This document shows, piece by piece, positions 25,121-39,080 of a stretch of DNA of 64,000 nucleotides. The translations under genes and the position numbers were made by a program. Source of the DNA: Eledone cirrhosa. Lineage: Eukaryota. The first letter of the stretch is position 1, and each line of letters starts with the position of its first letter. The stretch lies in assembly GCA_964016885.1 (NCBI GenBank), contig OZ024759.1:31744001-31808000 (forward strand). Direction: 5' to 3'. The notes under the pieces were generated by a model that had not been told where the DNA came from, made no database searches, and saw only the letters and a list, made by a program, of their open reading frames with translations.

Positions 25121-26989
25121 AAGTTCAGATCTAGCTATCGAAACAGCCAGAGCTCAGCCGTCGGGGTCCTGAATCTTTTCATATATATATTTATATATAT
25201 ATAGTAATAATAATAAATTTGAAGACTAAAATCCAAAGAGGGCTCGATAAGGATAAATAATCAAATATATAAGAACCGTAGAGCAAATATATATATATAT
25301 GGGTGTGTAAACGATGATGATGATAGATATATATATATATATATCATCATCGTTTAACGTCTATCTTCCATGCTAGCATGGTTTAAACGGGAGTTGTCCC
25401 ACTTGAAGCAAGATTGGTCGGGTGACCATGTCTCGCTCGTATAGGACTATCTGGCAGGTTTTCTACGGCTGGATGCCCTTCCTAGCACCAACCACATTTA
25501 CAGTGTGGACTGGGAGCTTTTTACCGTGTTACCTACACGGCCACATTAAAGCGTGGACTGTGTGTTTTTTTGTTGTGACACCTACACGACCATATATATA
25601 TATATATATATATATATACTATCCTAGAAAGTACTTACTGAAGGGGTTCTAGCCATACAGTAACGGGTTAGAACCATTAACCCTTAATCATACAACCATG
25701 CCTTCGCTTTTGAATATAAAATTTCAACAACATCTGGAAATCCAGCCTAGATATAGTATGGCTATATTATTGTTACACCATCACGAGGAGGAGGACAACT
25801 CAAGAATCTGATCAGGGTTCCAATCCCCTCGATCACCTTGCAAGTAAGAGGACTGTTTATTATATTTTTTTGAAAGAAATGGGGTCCTGTAACCCCATTT
25901 TCTTTCCACTGTTGTATTGTATCATATATGATTAGTTGATGATCCTACTTTCATTTTCGCTTCGCGTCATCTGATTGGTCGATTTTACTTTCACTCTCGC
26001 TTCGCGCTGTATCTGATTGGTCAATATTTACTTCCAGCTTTTGCAATGCACTCAATAATTGGATTAATTTTTTTATTTGTTTTGTACAAATCACAAACTT
26101 TGATACATTTTTTTGTTTATCAAAGCATTAGTTCTTTCATTACTTTGGTATTGTATGGTTGGGTTTTGCCTACCGCAATGTTCAATTTGTCAAGCTATTT
26201 AAATGTATGTTATTACTCTAAGGACCTACCCTTATTGAGTGCTTTGCTAACTCATTCCTATTGTAGGTCGACTTTGCTTGCCTACAGCCAAAGCTTCGAT
26301 TTTACTAAGCTTCCACTTGTATATATATATATTTTTTTTTTTTTTTTTTTTTAATTTTTTATTTAATTGAATTTTATATTTTATTTTATATTCATTTTAA
26401 TTTATTTAATTTATTTTATATTTTATTTTATATTATTTTGTATTAATTCTTATTCATTCTATCCATCGCGACGTACTCATTTTACCATGTATTAACGCCT
26501 TCATTTATTTAAATCCTCGCCTTATTTATACATTCTATCCTTTGCCAAGTATTCATTTTTCCATGTATGAACCCCCTCCTCAATATAAATCATCACCTTT
26601 TTCATTCTATCCCTTGATATTTATCAGTCCTTCATATATTAACCCCTTCTTCAATTTAAATCCTCACCTTTTTCGTTCCTTCCACTCGTTGCTATGTATT
26701 CATTGTAAACCAAGTAATACTAGATGGTGTGATACTGAATGATTCGATTAGCAGCATCATTGTCAAATGTTACAAGTGTAAGGGTGATGCACTAGATAGA
26801 GAAATCTATAGAGGCAGAGGCCTTGTTTGCCTTAAAAATGTGAGGGGGACAAACCAACATTTGTTGATTCTTAAAGGACCATAAATTGCTTATGGTGGGG
26901 GGGCTTGTCACCTGGTACTCCCCTGAATCAAGGTCCTGTTGATGGGCCAGGTGATGAAAGTAACAGAAAGAGTTATAGCATAACTGATT

Positions 26990-27170
26990 AGGGACCAAGT
27001 ACCAGGCAAAAGCACCACAGATGCCCTCTTCTTGGTGAAGCAGCTGCAAGAATGGTACCTTGCTAAAGGTAAGCTGCTCTACCTGGCCGTTGTTGATCTG
27101 GAAAAAGCTTTTGACAGAGTCTCCTGTGCCATAGTCTGGTGGGCTCTTAGAAAACTAGGAGTAGATAAGG
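26990..27170 (+). mobile_element. RTE RT fragment
   Basis: STTDALFLVKQLQE...LYLAVVDLEKAFDRV; related to 21420-21590. Confidence 0.75.
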
Positions 27171-27199
27171 AATGGTGGTGATGGAATTGGGGTAGTTTT

Positions 27200-27418
27200 A
27201 TGTGTGTATGGTGGGGGGGAGAGAGAGAAAAAAGTACTTGGGGAGAGCGAATGAGAGCGAGAGAGGGAAAAGTACTTCAAGAGAGCGAATGAGAGCGAGA
27301 GAGAGAGAGAGGGAAAAGTACTCGGAGGGAATCAGAGAGAGAGAGAAAAACGTACTCAGAGAGAGAGAGAAAAACGTACTCAGAGAGAGAGAGAGAGAGA
27401 GAAAAGTACTCGGAGAGA

Positions 27419-27480
<62 letters not shown>

Positions 27481-28235
27481 TACTCGGAGAGAATCAGAGA
27501 GAGAGTGAGAGAGAGGTACTCAGAGAGAATGAGAGAAAGTGCCGGAATAGTGATGATTCATTGGTAATAAGGACAGTGATTCAATGTTTGTAACAACGAC
27601 AACAACTACAACTACAGCAGCAGTAACAACAACAACTACTACAGCAGTAGTAACAACAACAACAACAACAACAACTACAGCAGCAGTAACAACAACAACA
27701 ACTACAGCAGCAGTAACAACAACAACTACAGCAGTAGTAACAACAACAACAACAACAACAACTACAGCAGCAGTAACAACAACAACAACTACAGCAGCAG
27801 TAACAACAACAACAACTACAGCAGTAGTAACAACAACAACAACTACAACTACAGCAGTAGTAACAACAACAACAACAACAACAACTACAGCAGCAGTAAC
27901 AACAACAACAACTACAGCAGCAGTAACAACAACAACAACTACAGCAGTAGTAACAACAACAACAACAACTACAACTACAGCAGCAGTAACAACAACAACA
28001 ACAACAACAACAACTACAGCAGCAGTAACAACAGCAACAACAACAATGCAATGATTCACCAAGAATATGAAGGATTGTTGCTGACTCAGTGATATTGTGA
28101 TGTAAGATAGAGACATACATAACAGATGAGATGAGAGGGGTGGTGGTGGTAGTGGGGGGAGTGATATATATATATATATAGGGAGAGAGGGAGGTATTTA
28201 CATATGGATAGAAAGATACACATACACACACAGAC

Positions 28236-28286
<51 letters not shown>

Positions 28287-28324
28287 TATATATATACACA
28301 CACAGACGCATTCAAATATGAGAA

Positions 28325-28359
<35 letters not shown>

Positions 28360-29530
28360 AATATATATATATATAGAGAGAGAGAGAGTGAGAAATATAT
28401 ATATATATGGAGAGAGGGAGTGAGATCTGTGTGTGTATATATATATATATATAGAGAGAGAGAGTGAGAAATATATATATATATGGAGAGAGGGAGTGAG
28501 AAATATATATATATATGGAGAGAGGGAGTGAGAAATATATATATATATGGAGAGAGGGAGTGAGATCTGTGTGTATATATATATATATAGAGAGAGAGAG
28601 AGTGAGAAATATATATATATATGGAGAGAGGGAGTGAGATCTGTGTGTGTATATATATATATATATAGAGAGAGAGAGTGAGAAATATATATATATATGG
28701 AGAGAGGGAGTGAGAAATATATATATATATGGAGAGAGGGAGTGAGAAATATATATATATATGGAGAGAGGGAGTGAGATCTGTGTGTATATATATATAT
28801 ATAGAGAGAGAGAGAGTGAGAAATATATATATATATGGAGAGAGGGAGTGAGATCTGTGTGTGTATATATATATATAGAGAGAGAGAGAGTGAGAAATAT
28901 ATATATATATGGAGAGAGGGAGTGAGATCTGTGTGTGTATATATATATATAGAGAGAGAGAGAGTGAGAAATATATATATATATGGAGAGAGGGAGTGAG
29001 ATCTGTGTGTGTATATATATATATAGAGAGAGAGAGAGTGAGAAATATATATATATATGGAGAGAGGGAGTGAGATCTGTGTGTGTATATATATATATAG
29101 AGAGAGAGAGGGAGTGAGAAATATATATATATATGGAGAGAGGGAGTGAGAAATATATATATATATGGAGAGAGGGAGTGAGATCTGTGTGTGTATATAT
29201 ATATATAGAGAGAGAGAGAGTGAGAAATATATATATATATGGAGAGAGGGAGTGAGATCTGTGTGTGTATATATATATATAGAGAGAGAGAGAGTGAGAA
29301 ATATATATATATATGGAGAGAGGGAGTGAGATCTGTGTGTGTATATATATATATAGAGAGAGAGAGAGAGTGAGAAATATATATATATATGGAGAGAGGA
29401 AAAGAGAGTGAGATATATATATATATATATATATCAACATCATCGCCGTTTAACGTCCACATTCCACGCTAGCATGGGTTAGACTATATATATATACATA
29501 TATGTATATATATATATATAGTGAGAGAGT

Positions 29531-29578
<48 letters not shown>

Positions 29579-29613
29579 TCTATATATATAATATATATAT
29601 ATATATATCTGTA

Positions 29614-29652
<39 letters not shown>

Positions 29653-29655
29653 GTA

Positions 29656-29696
<41 letters not shown>

Positions 29697-29791
29697 ATAT
29701 ATAGATATATAGATATATATATATATCTGTGTGTGTGTGTATATATATATATATCTGTATGTGTGTGTGTGTATATATATATATATCTGTA

Positions 29792-29882
<91 letters not shown>

Positions 29883-30930
29883 ATATATAGATATATAGAT
29901 ATATATATATATGTATGTGTATATATAGATATATATATACATGTGTGTATATATATATATATATATATAGTGAGAGAGTGAGATATATATATAGAAGGAG
30001 AGAGAGAGTGAGGGAGAGGGGGGGATAGTGATGGGGAGGGGGTAAGGCAATGAGTTGTTGATTGATGGCATCAGACATGATAGAGTGAGTTATGTGATAG
30101 TCATGTAATGTCAGCCATGATTATATGAAGGAATGATTCATTGAGGGTTTGATTAGACAACAACAACAGCAACAACAACAGCAGCACTACCACCTTCACC
30201 ACCAACAGCAGCAGTATCACCACCACCACCTTCACTACCAACAGCAGCTTCACTACCAGCACCACCATCAACAGCAGCATCATCACAGTTACTACCAATA
30301 GTACCATCACCACCACCACCACCACCAACAGCAACAGCATCACCACCACCGCCGCCAACAGCAGCAGCATCACAATCACCACCACCAACAGCAGCAGTAT
30401 CACCACTACCAGCTTCACTACCATCGCCCCCACCACCACCAACAGCAGCAGCATCACCACCACCACCAACAGCAGCAGCAGCATCAGCAGCATCACAGTT
30501 ACTACCAATAATACCATCACCACCACCACCACCACCACCACCAACAGCAGCAGTATCACCACCACCACCACCAACAGCAGCATCACCACCACCACCAACA
30601 GCAGCAGCAGCATCACCACCACCACCACCAACAGCAGCAGAAACAGCACCATCACCACCAACAGCAGCAGAATCACCAACAACAACAGCAGCAGCATCAC
30701 CACCACCAACAATAGCAGCAGCACCATCACCACCACCAACAACAGTAAGACCACTACCACCACCAACAGCATCACCACTACCACTAATAATACTACCATC
30801 ACCATCGTCAACACCACCACCACCACCACCACCTCCAATAACAACAACACCACCTCCACCACCACCACCACCACCTCCAATAACAACAACACCACCACTA
30901 CCACCACCACCACCACCACCAACAACAGTA
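27200..30930. repeat. Block of compound simple repeats: (GA)n, (ACA/ACT/GCA)n, higher-order TA/GA/TG unit (28380-29430), (TA/TG)n, (CAC/CAG/CAA)n
   Basis: Seen directly; source of the long low-complexity ORFs. Confidence 0.95.
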
Positions 30931-31079
30931 TAAAGACAAAATAAAAAATAAACACACACACAAACAGATACACACACACATAGAGTCAATTCCATAAGGT
31001 TTTAATAATTCAATTACACACTAACATACACACATATATATATACACATACACACCACTTTACACTGGTGTACACCTGT

Positions 31080-32878
31080 TGATTCAAAACTTCTCAAATA
31101 CCTCAAATGGCAAGCATCCCTGCTTGTGCATACGATTGTGACACCACTCCGCCGACAATAACTGAAATCTCTGACACTTCGAAAACTAAAAAAACAACGA
31201 GGTGCCTGGAGAAGATGGTATTCCTGCTGAGATTTTTAAACACTCTACTGACATATTAGCCCTGCTCCTTCACAAAATCATTGTCCGTGTCTGGGAATCC
31301 GAAAGCCTCCCGCAAGATTGGAGCGATGCTATTCTGCTTCCGTTTTTCAAGAAAGGCAATAAACACTGTTGCAGCAACTACCGCGGTATAAGCCTAATCG
31401 AGATTGCAGCTAAGATATTCGCTACCATATTGCTAAAACGATTTCAAAATCAACGCCAAATCAATGTGGTTTTCGTCCTGGTCGAGGGTGTACAGATCAG
31501 ATTTTCACGCTGCGTCGGGTGCTTGAGCATTGCTGGTGCTATCAGCAAAAGATCCTCGTCTTGCTTCATAGATTTTGTCGCTGCTTTTGATTCAGTCGAT
31601 CGTGGAGCCCTTTGGAGGGTTAAGCATGGGTGGAGGTGGTGAGAGCAGACCTCAGATTGCTGAAACTCACCGAGGAGATGACGAAGGACCATGACGAGTG
31701 GAGAGATGCTGTGCTGAATAGGACCCACCAACCCTTGCAAGCAGGGAAAAGCGGACGTAAAATGATGATGATGATATGTCACCGAAACTCCTTGACCTGC
31801 TAAAATCCTACTAATATCTTTCTACCCGCACTAAGGTCCGCGGTTATGGTCAAGAATCCCAGTTCTTCGACATCCGGCTCTGGCATTCGACAAGGCTGTG
31901 TTCTGTCGCCTACTTTGTTCAATTATGCTATTGATTGGGTCACCACCCATGCGCTCATGAACTTTCCTGGTGTCACAGTGGGCTGTAATTTCGTGCTGTC
32001 AGACCAGGACTATGCTGACGATATAGCCATTCTGGGAGAAAGCTTTACAGACGTCAAGTCAGCATTCGATAATCTACAGTTCTTCGCCTCCAAACTCAGC
32101 ATCAAAGTGAATGCACAGAAGACCAAGCTGCTAACTGCAGGTTTCATACCCGTTGAAAAACAACCGATTGTCCTTGACGGAGAGACCCTTGAAGAGGTTG
32201 ATCGCTTTAAGTTCCTAGGTTCTATAGTCATTGCAACAGGCCAAGGAGTTGAGGATATAAATGGTCACACCGGGAACGCTCGCCTCGCCTTCTGTCATCT
32301 AAGCACTTGGCTGTGGAGCAGACATGAAATTAAACTGACCACCAAAATTCGGATCTACCAAGCCCTTGTCCGAACAATCCTGCTATACGGCTGCAAAATC
32401 TGGCCACTGAGAGCAGAGGACATGCACAAACTCGAAGTGTTTGACCATCATTGTTTATGCTGCATCCTTCATGTTCGCTGGTAACAATTCATCTCGAATT
32501 CTGCAATCAGTGCATGCTGCAAAATCTCCTCCCTCCACCAAGCCCTTCTCACGAGGCGTCTTCGCTGGCTTGGTCATGCTCTCCGTCGACAACCGGGCAA
32601 CATCATCTGCGAAGCCATTGGTTCATCTCCTCCGTTGGGATGGAGGAAATGTCATGGAGGCCAACTGAAACCGTGGCTTAGGATGGTGAGGCAAGACACT
32701 GAGTTGATCTTAGGCCCACACCTGTGTGGGGTTCGGCAATGGAACCACAAATGGCTGACACTCATATCTTCGATAGTTATCGAGCCGTTGTGCTTGGTTG
32801 GCCTTCATTCGGGATACGGTAAATTCGTTGGACGGAGCTGGTTCAACCGACCCAGGGTGATGCCGTCACACACACACA
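31080..32878 (+). mobile_element. RTE-clade LINE 3' half (family C), interrupted at ~31620-31775 by the 3' end of another RTE
   Basis: PGEDGIPAEIFK, NYRGISL, FIDFVAAFDSVDR, SGIRQGCVLSPTLF, DYADDIAIL, FKFLGS, RRLRWLGH; ends in a (CA)n tail. The insert matches 47268-47410. Confidence 0.9.
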
Positions 32879-33039
32879 ATCCAGAGCCATCTTTTCACTC
32901 CTACCGGAGGAACCCCTCCTTGATTGACCTCCACTATTTTCTGTTCAAACCGGTCATAACTGGTCACTCATACTGACATTAAGGTATTGTTCTCAAAATA
33001 AATAATATAAAAATATCATAGATTCGATATTATAATAAT

Positions 33040-33640
33040 AATGATAATAATGAAAATATTGTGTACAGTGCTCAGGTGCACTACAACTCATCAAAAAGTG
33101 TATGTATAGTACATAGGGTAATGTACAAGCGTCAGGAAAATGAACAGTGCATGAGTCATGATATACACATCTGTGCATGCGTATGGAAGGGGTACATCAG
33201 GTGTAATTTTGGCAAATTTCGGGAAGCATGAGGGTTTTAAAGGATGCAGGTAGTTTGTTCCATGCTTCAGCAACTCTGAGCGTGAAAAAATGTTTCCGAA
33301 AGTCATGGGAGCTGTGCTGTTTTCTGATTTTGTAGGCATGTCCACGTGTGTTAGACACATGGAGATCAAAGAGGCGCTCAGGGTTGCAGTTGGCGAGATG
33401 GTTAATAACTTTGTGGGTGTTTACCAAGTCCATTGCCAGACGTCAGAGCTTCAATGAATCCATGCCCAGGGAAGCAAGGCGTTCAGAGTATGGTAGGTGT
33501 CTGATGGAGGGTATGCGCTTGGTTGCACGTCTCTGAACAGTTTCCAGGAGGTCAATGTTCTGAGCAAGATAGGGGTTCCAGACTGATGATGCGAATTCCA
33601 AGTGTGGTCGTACCATAGCAGTATACAGCTTTAAATAGAT
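33040..33640 (-). mobile_element. CR1-clade LINE 3' fragment nested in a piggyBac-type MITE
   Basis: RPHLEFASSVWNPY, ETVQRRATK, YSERL, TRGH..KI, FFTLRVAEAWNKLP. MITE halves lie at ~32910-33035 and 33640-33724. Confidence 0.85.
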
Positions 33641-33720
33641 TATGTGAGATAATTATGTGAAATAAAGTCTTTACAACAAAAATACAATAGTATATATAGA
33701 GTAATGTAAATGGTAAAGTG

Positions 33721-33950
33721 TTAACCCTTTATCATTTACATTACTCTATAATTACTATTGTATTTTTGTTGTAAAGACTTTATTTCACATAATTATCTCC
33801 CATAATATCGAATCTATGATATTTTGATATTATTTATTTTGAGAACAATACCTTAACGTCAGTATGAGTGGCTGGTTTCAGCCATTTTGAACCGAAAATA
33901 GGTGAGAGAATTCTGGCCAGATACAGCCGGTTTAAATGCGAAAGGGTTAA
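33721..33950 (-). mobile_element. piggyBac-type MITE copy sharing a TTAA with the adjacent MITE
   Basis: TTAA-CCCTTTATCATTTAC...AAAGGG-TTAA. Confidence 0.85.
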
Positions 33951-34507
33951 TATAGTTCTCTATAGAGACATTCAATATAATACTGTGTGTGACAAGACTG
34001 ACTCTTTGAAGTATAGGTACATTTAATTTTTTGATAGCTGAGTGGAATAAAGTGTCTTGCTCAAGGGTACAATGCATCGATATGATCTTACGATAGTGAC
34101 TTGAGCACTCTAACCACTAAGCCACAAACCTTCTCCAGGAATCAAAGAAAACATACAAACACACAAAAAGAAAATAACAAGACCAAAGTATTTTAGTATT
34201 TTCATCCTTTTATTATTATTTTTTTAATAAAAACCATAAAAGAAATTAAATCACATTAAATCCATTACATTATTTATTTAATTATTTATTTTTTTGTAAA
34301 AAAGTTTTTAATTTTTTAATTTTTTTCTTCAATTAATTTTGTTCAAGAGAGAATTTAATATTGTTGTTGTTGTTGTTACATTTTAGCTTGTCTTCCCTTA
34401 CTTTGTATATAATCCCAAGTTCTTCTGTAATGGTTAGTAGAGTAATTAATTATCAGTTAATTAATGAGCTAATCTGAGTTATTACATACATACATACATA
34501 CATAAGT

Positions 34508-34589
34508 CTGATGAGCTATCGATTCCAGAGTCGGGGCCCCCAGTCACTACTGATCTTACCTTGAGCCGTTCGATCGTGAAACACGCGTC
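34508..34589 (+). ncRNA. Hammerhead-like motif with enlarged stem II
   Basis: CTGATGA-GCTATCGA...TCGATCGT-GAAAC-ACGC-GTC. Partial stem I (CATAAGT/ACATGTG); AATAAA ~8 nt downstream. Confidence 0.55.
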
Positions 34590-34662
34590 ACATGTGAATA
34601 AACATACTGATGTTATATTGATACTTCATTCCTGCTCATTATTCTTATAGTTATTATCATTA

Positions 34663-34711
<49 letters not shown>

Positions 34712-35606
34712 TGGACAAACCAAATACTTGAGGTGGTTTACATGAATCCATATATTCAAATATAATATGTTTATGTACAGGGTGACTCTAAAGTCTGAAC
34801 AGAAACATGGAGTGAATGCATCGAGCTTCATATGTACGTAGCAAAGTGTATCAGGTTTCACGTATACCTAGCAAAGTGCATCAAGCTTTGTATCGCAAAT
34901 GTTTGAAATCATATTGATGATATTATTTATCGATATTTCAATCAAATAAAATGATGTTGAAATTTTCTTTAATGTATTGAAAATGTGCATTTTGCTTATG
35001 TATCCAGTCTTTAGGGACAACCTGTTTAATAAACATAGATATAATCTTGCTGGGATCATGTGATCGACATTAAGCTGCGATCCTATCACAGCTACCTCAG
35101 AATCTTGTTTAGAGCGGTAAGAAACTTTCAGGAGAGCTGGACAGCAGAAGGTCTTCAGAAAAGAAACCCCGTCCCCTTAAGCAAATGTTTCGGCCCTTAA
35201 CTTAAAAGAGCAGAAACGCTTCCTTGTTGGCAGTGGGGTTTCTCTGCTGGGATTATACGACCAACATTAAACTGTGATTATATCACAGCTATCTCAGTGT
35301 CCGTGTAGGAGTGTTATATACTTGTTCAGATATTAAAGTAGTAAAAAAAAAATGTAAGGTACACCCTAGATATCCTACACCCTAACCAAACTTTCCTAAC
35401 AATTCCTTTCCTTTATTTTATTTATTTTTTAAATCCTATTTATATTTCAAAAGTATGATTCCATACTCTTTCCATCTCCCCACACCCAAATAAAATTTTT
35501 TTTTCCTGTATTTATTTTTTCTTCATTTAAAAGCACAGACATAAGAATTTCCTAGAAAATAAATTTGCCAATAGCACAATAAAGAAACACAAGATTATGT
35601 ATATTT

Positions 35607-35637
<31 letters not shown>

Positions 35638-35735
35638 TATTTTATGTGTATGTGAATATGTATTCATATATATGTATATTTTATGTATATGTGAATATAT
35701 ATATATATATGTATATATGATATGTGTATATATAA

Positions 35736-35795
<60 letters not shown>

Positions 35796-36242
35796 ATCAT
35801 AGGTTACTTTAACCCTAAGATTAAGTAGACCAGTCATACATTAACACACTCAAAATACGTGGAGTGGTTAAATTTGTTTACATCCTGGAGTTTCACGGAA
35901 GTACATTTGTTTCAAATATCAGCTTCTGATGAGAAAAATATACTTAAACCTAAAGTTCATTCGTAAAACTCCAAAAAGCATATATATATATATATATATA
36001 TATATATGCTTATATATATATATGCTTATATATATATATATCATCCTCATCATTGTTTAACATCCGCTTTACCCTGCTAGCAAGGTTTGGATGGGTCTAC
36101 ATAGACCAAGTCTGTACTGAAGCTGAGCTACTGGACCTGCCAGACAGGCTGAGGGTCCTGCAACTCCCTTATGTACGCTCTTACGTTCTGTTGAGTACAG
36201 AGGACAAGTTGTCTTAGTTTTTTGACACAAACTAATACTCAA

Positions 36243-36291
<49 letters not shown>

Positions 36292-36324
36292 TACACACAT
36301 ACACACATATGCAGGTTTGCTGAG

Positions 36325-36355
<31 letters not shown>

Positions 36356-36378
36356 GGTTTGCATATATATATATATAT

Positions 36379-36413
<35 letters not shown>

Positions 36414-36499
36414 CTTAAAGCATTACATAATTTCTTCAGAAAATTAATAATAATAATACTATTTGTAGTTACTTATGTGGACACAAGGGGAGAGGGTAT

Positions 36500-37222
36500 A
36501 AATCATTTACATTGACACCAGTATTTGACTGGTACTTTTATTTTTTTGACCCTAAAAGAATTGAAAGGCAAAAGTCGACCTTGGTGGGATTTGAACTCAT
36601 AGCATAAAGGGTCATAACCAAATACTGCAAGGCATTTAGTTTGACGCTCTAGCGATTCTACCTTGCCACCATCCTTAATATTTCGCATATCGACACAAGG
36701 CCAGAAATTTGGAGAGAGTGGGGTGGGGAATGAAGGAGGGAGTGAAAGGACAATCTGTTATATTGATCCCAGTATGTGACTGGTACTTTATTATCTTGAC
36801 TGCCGGAAAGATGAAAAGTAAAGTTTGTTGACCTCGGCAGGATTTGAACTCAAAATGTAAAGTGACATAACTAAATTTGACAAGGAATTTTGTCTGATGC
36901 TCTGCCGAGTCTGCCAAATCCACAGCCCTAATAACAAAATAATAATAATGGTTTCTAATTTAGGCACAAGGCTAGCAATTTTTGAGGAGATGGGAAAATC
37001 GATTAGATGAACCCAGTACCTAACTGGTATGATATTTTATCAACCTCTGTGAGGATGAAAGGCAACGTCGACCATGGCTCTCTGAGTTCAAATCCTGCTG
37101 AGGTCAACTTACATCCTTAAGGGATCAATAAAATCAAGTACCGGTCATATTCTGGGTCGGTATAATCAACTCCCCCCCCCCCCCCCCTAACTGTTGGCCT
37201 TGTTCCTCAATTAGAACCCAAT
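36500..37222. mobile_element. tRNA-derived SINE cluster (three minus, one plus)
   Basis: Repeated GGTACTTTATT..GATGAAAGGCAAAGT..GATTTGAACTC modules. Confidence 0.75.
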
Positions 37223-37360
37223 AATAATAATAATAATAATAAAATGTGTAATAATTAAATAATAATTAATAACGAAAAAAAATTAATTAATAATTAAAAA
37301 AAAAATCCCTAGATAATTAAAAAGCTTAAATATATATGAGTATTGTATGTAATGAATTTG

Positions 37361-37590
37361 TTAATAAAACCGGCCGGAAGTTGTTAGGGCTGACATAAGA
37401 GTTAAGGCAGCGATGGTGGTGGCAGTGACAACGGCGGTGGTCACGTGTGTGGTTTCAACCCCAGCCGTCAGAGTGGTGTTGCTGTTGTCGGGCCTGGATT
37501 CTGGATCAGCTTTCATGCCAGTGTCCACTTTCGGGCTTGTTGTTAGTATTTCGGATTTGTTGGCCGCTGTAATGGATTTTTCGGTTATAT
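37361..37590 (-). CDS. Terminal coding exon of a small secreted/GPI-anchor-candidate Thr/Ser-rich protein
   Basis: Acceptor TTTTTTCTCCCCCATTTATTTAG, phase 1. Encodes (D)ITEKSITAANKSEILTTSPKVDTGMKADPESRPDNSNTTLTAGVETTHVTTAVVTATTIAALTLMSALTTSGRFY*. GC-rich unique sequence in AT-rich flanks. Confidence 0.8.
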
Positions 37591-37651
37591 CTAAATAAAT
37601 GGGGGAGAAAAAAAGATAATAATAATAATAATGATAATAATAATGATAATA

Positions 37652-38180
37652 ACCTATGCAAAGTAAACAATTTACCTCATTTTGAGAAGTGCTATGAGCA
37701 TAAGCCAGAGTCGGTGATAGAAAACGATCAGGTGAAGGTGCTGTGGGATTTTAGGATACAGACGGACAAGAAACTGGAACACAATAGACCTGACCTGGTG
37801 GTTTTGGACAAGGAACAAAGATCGTGCCTGATTGTGGATGTAGCTTGCCCATTCGACACGAGAGTACAAGAGAAGGAGAGGGAGAAAATTAACCGATACC
37901 AGGACTTAAAGTGGGAGGTAAAAAGGATTTGGAACTGCCATGAAGTCAAAGTGGTCCCAATTGTCATAGGTGCACTAGGTACTATCTCAAAAAGTTTCCA
38001 AGGATGGTTAAAGAAAATTGGCCCCGCCACGCTTTTTGGAACGCTTCAAAAGGCATGCTTGCTGGGAACAGCAAGAACCCTCCAATACATCCTGAATATC
38101 TGAGGCTGCAGGTAGTGGCTTGATGTTCATTTCAACAAACTTTCCAGTTAACTAACATCAATGACTGAGACTCAAAGAAC
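37652..38180 (+). mobile_element. R4/Dong-like non-LTR retrotransposon 3' fragment (RLE domain) in (TAA)n
   Basis: YEHKPESVIEN..KVLWDF.IQTD...HNRPDLVV.DK....IVDVACP, EKINRYQDL, VPIVIGALG, LQKACLLGTAR; (AAT)n on both sides. Confidence 0.88.
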
Positions 38181-38730
38181 AATAATAATAATAATAATAA
38201 TGATTTCTAGTATAGGCACAAGGTCAGCAATTTTGGGGGGAGGGGAAAGTCGATTAAATTGACCCCAGTACGTTACTAGTGCTTTATTTTATCAACCCTG
38301 TAAGGACGAAAGGCAAAGTTAATCTTGGCAGGATTTGACCTCAGAACTTAAAGAAACGCAACTCTATGCTGCAAAGCATATTGTCCAACACTCTACCGAT
38401 AATAGTAATAATGATAATGATAATGATGATTTATTTATTAACCACAAAGGGTTCACAGGAAAAAATTATTGACAGCACAGGATGATAACAGTTTGGGGTG
38501 GATTGTTATGTAAAAATATGCTAACAAAAATCTGCAAAACAATGATATTTCAGCTATTTCGACAGGTAGGTGGCAATAAAATAATCTCAGTGAATAAATC
38601 ATATAAAAGGAGGAGATAAGTCAGAGAAAAAATACCATAAAGAGATACTAGAGATAACTCCTGACATTTCTCTAGAACGGCAATTTTTATTCTAAGTTCT
38701 TTGTTTCTAGAGATTTCTCTCTCCAGCTCT

Positions 38731-38781
<51 letters not shown>

Positions 38782-38849
38782 ATATACACACACACACACA
38801 TATAATACACTCTGTCTAGCTCTACACCTCGACACAGAAGTGAACCTAA

Positions 38850-39080
38850 ACAGGGCGGGTAAAATTCCTGAGATCCATGGACGAGTTCTCTCCAGCGGTC
38901 TCTGTCCCTCATTATCGCTGCCATGCCCTGCGTCTCCAACAGACCAGTGTCTGTCCTTAGGGCATCAACATATGTTAACCTTGGTCTTCCTCTTCCAGTG
39001 TGTCCATGTAGGGGCTCCCACAGGAGCACTGAGTGCAGTGTCAACTATGGATGTCGGTGAGCATGTCCAGCTAACCTCAT
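38850..39080 (-). mobile_element. RTE-like LINE 3' fragment
   Basis: LAGHAHRH..LLWEP.HG..GRGRPRLTYVD.L..DTGL; a close paralog lies at 55740-56155 (+). Confidence 0.8.

Noticed and set aside
27520-30995. Long ORFs (620, 458, 292, 280 aa), including Gly-rich and poly-Thr mucin-like ones
   Set aside because: Simple-repeat translations, open on both strands, with no splice signals or unique coding sequence.
34760-35010. Possible Penelope GIY-YIG C-terminal remnant on the minus strand near a hammerhead motif
   Set aside because: Only faint resemblance (ENFNII..YEA..I) with stops; cannot be supported without an HMM search.
37413-37598. 61-aa plus-strand hydrophobic ORF
   Set aside because: Antisense shadow of the minus-strand exon, which has the splice signals and a phase-matched partner exon.
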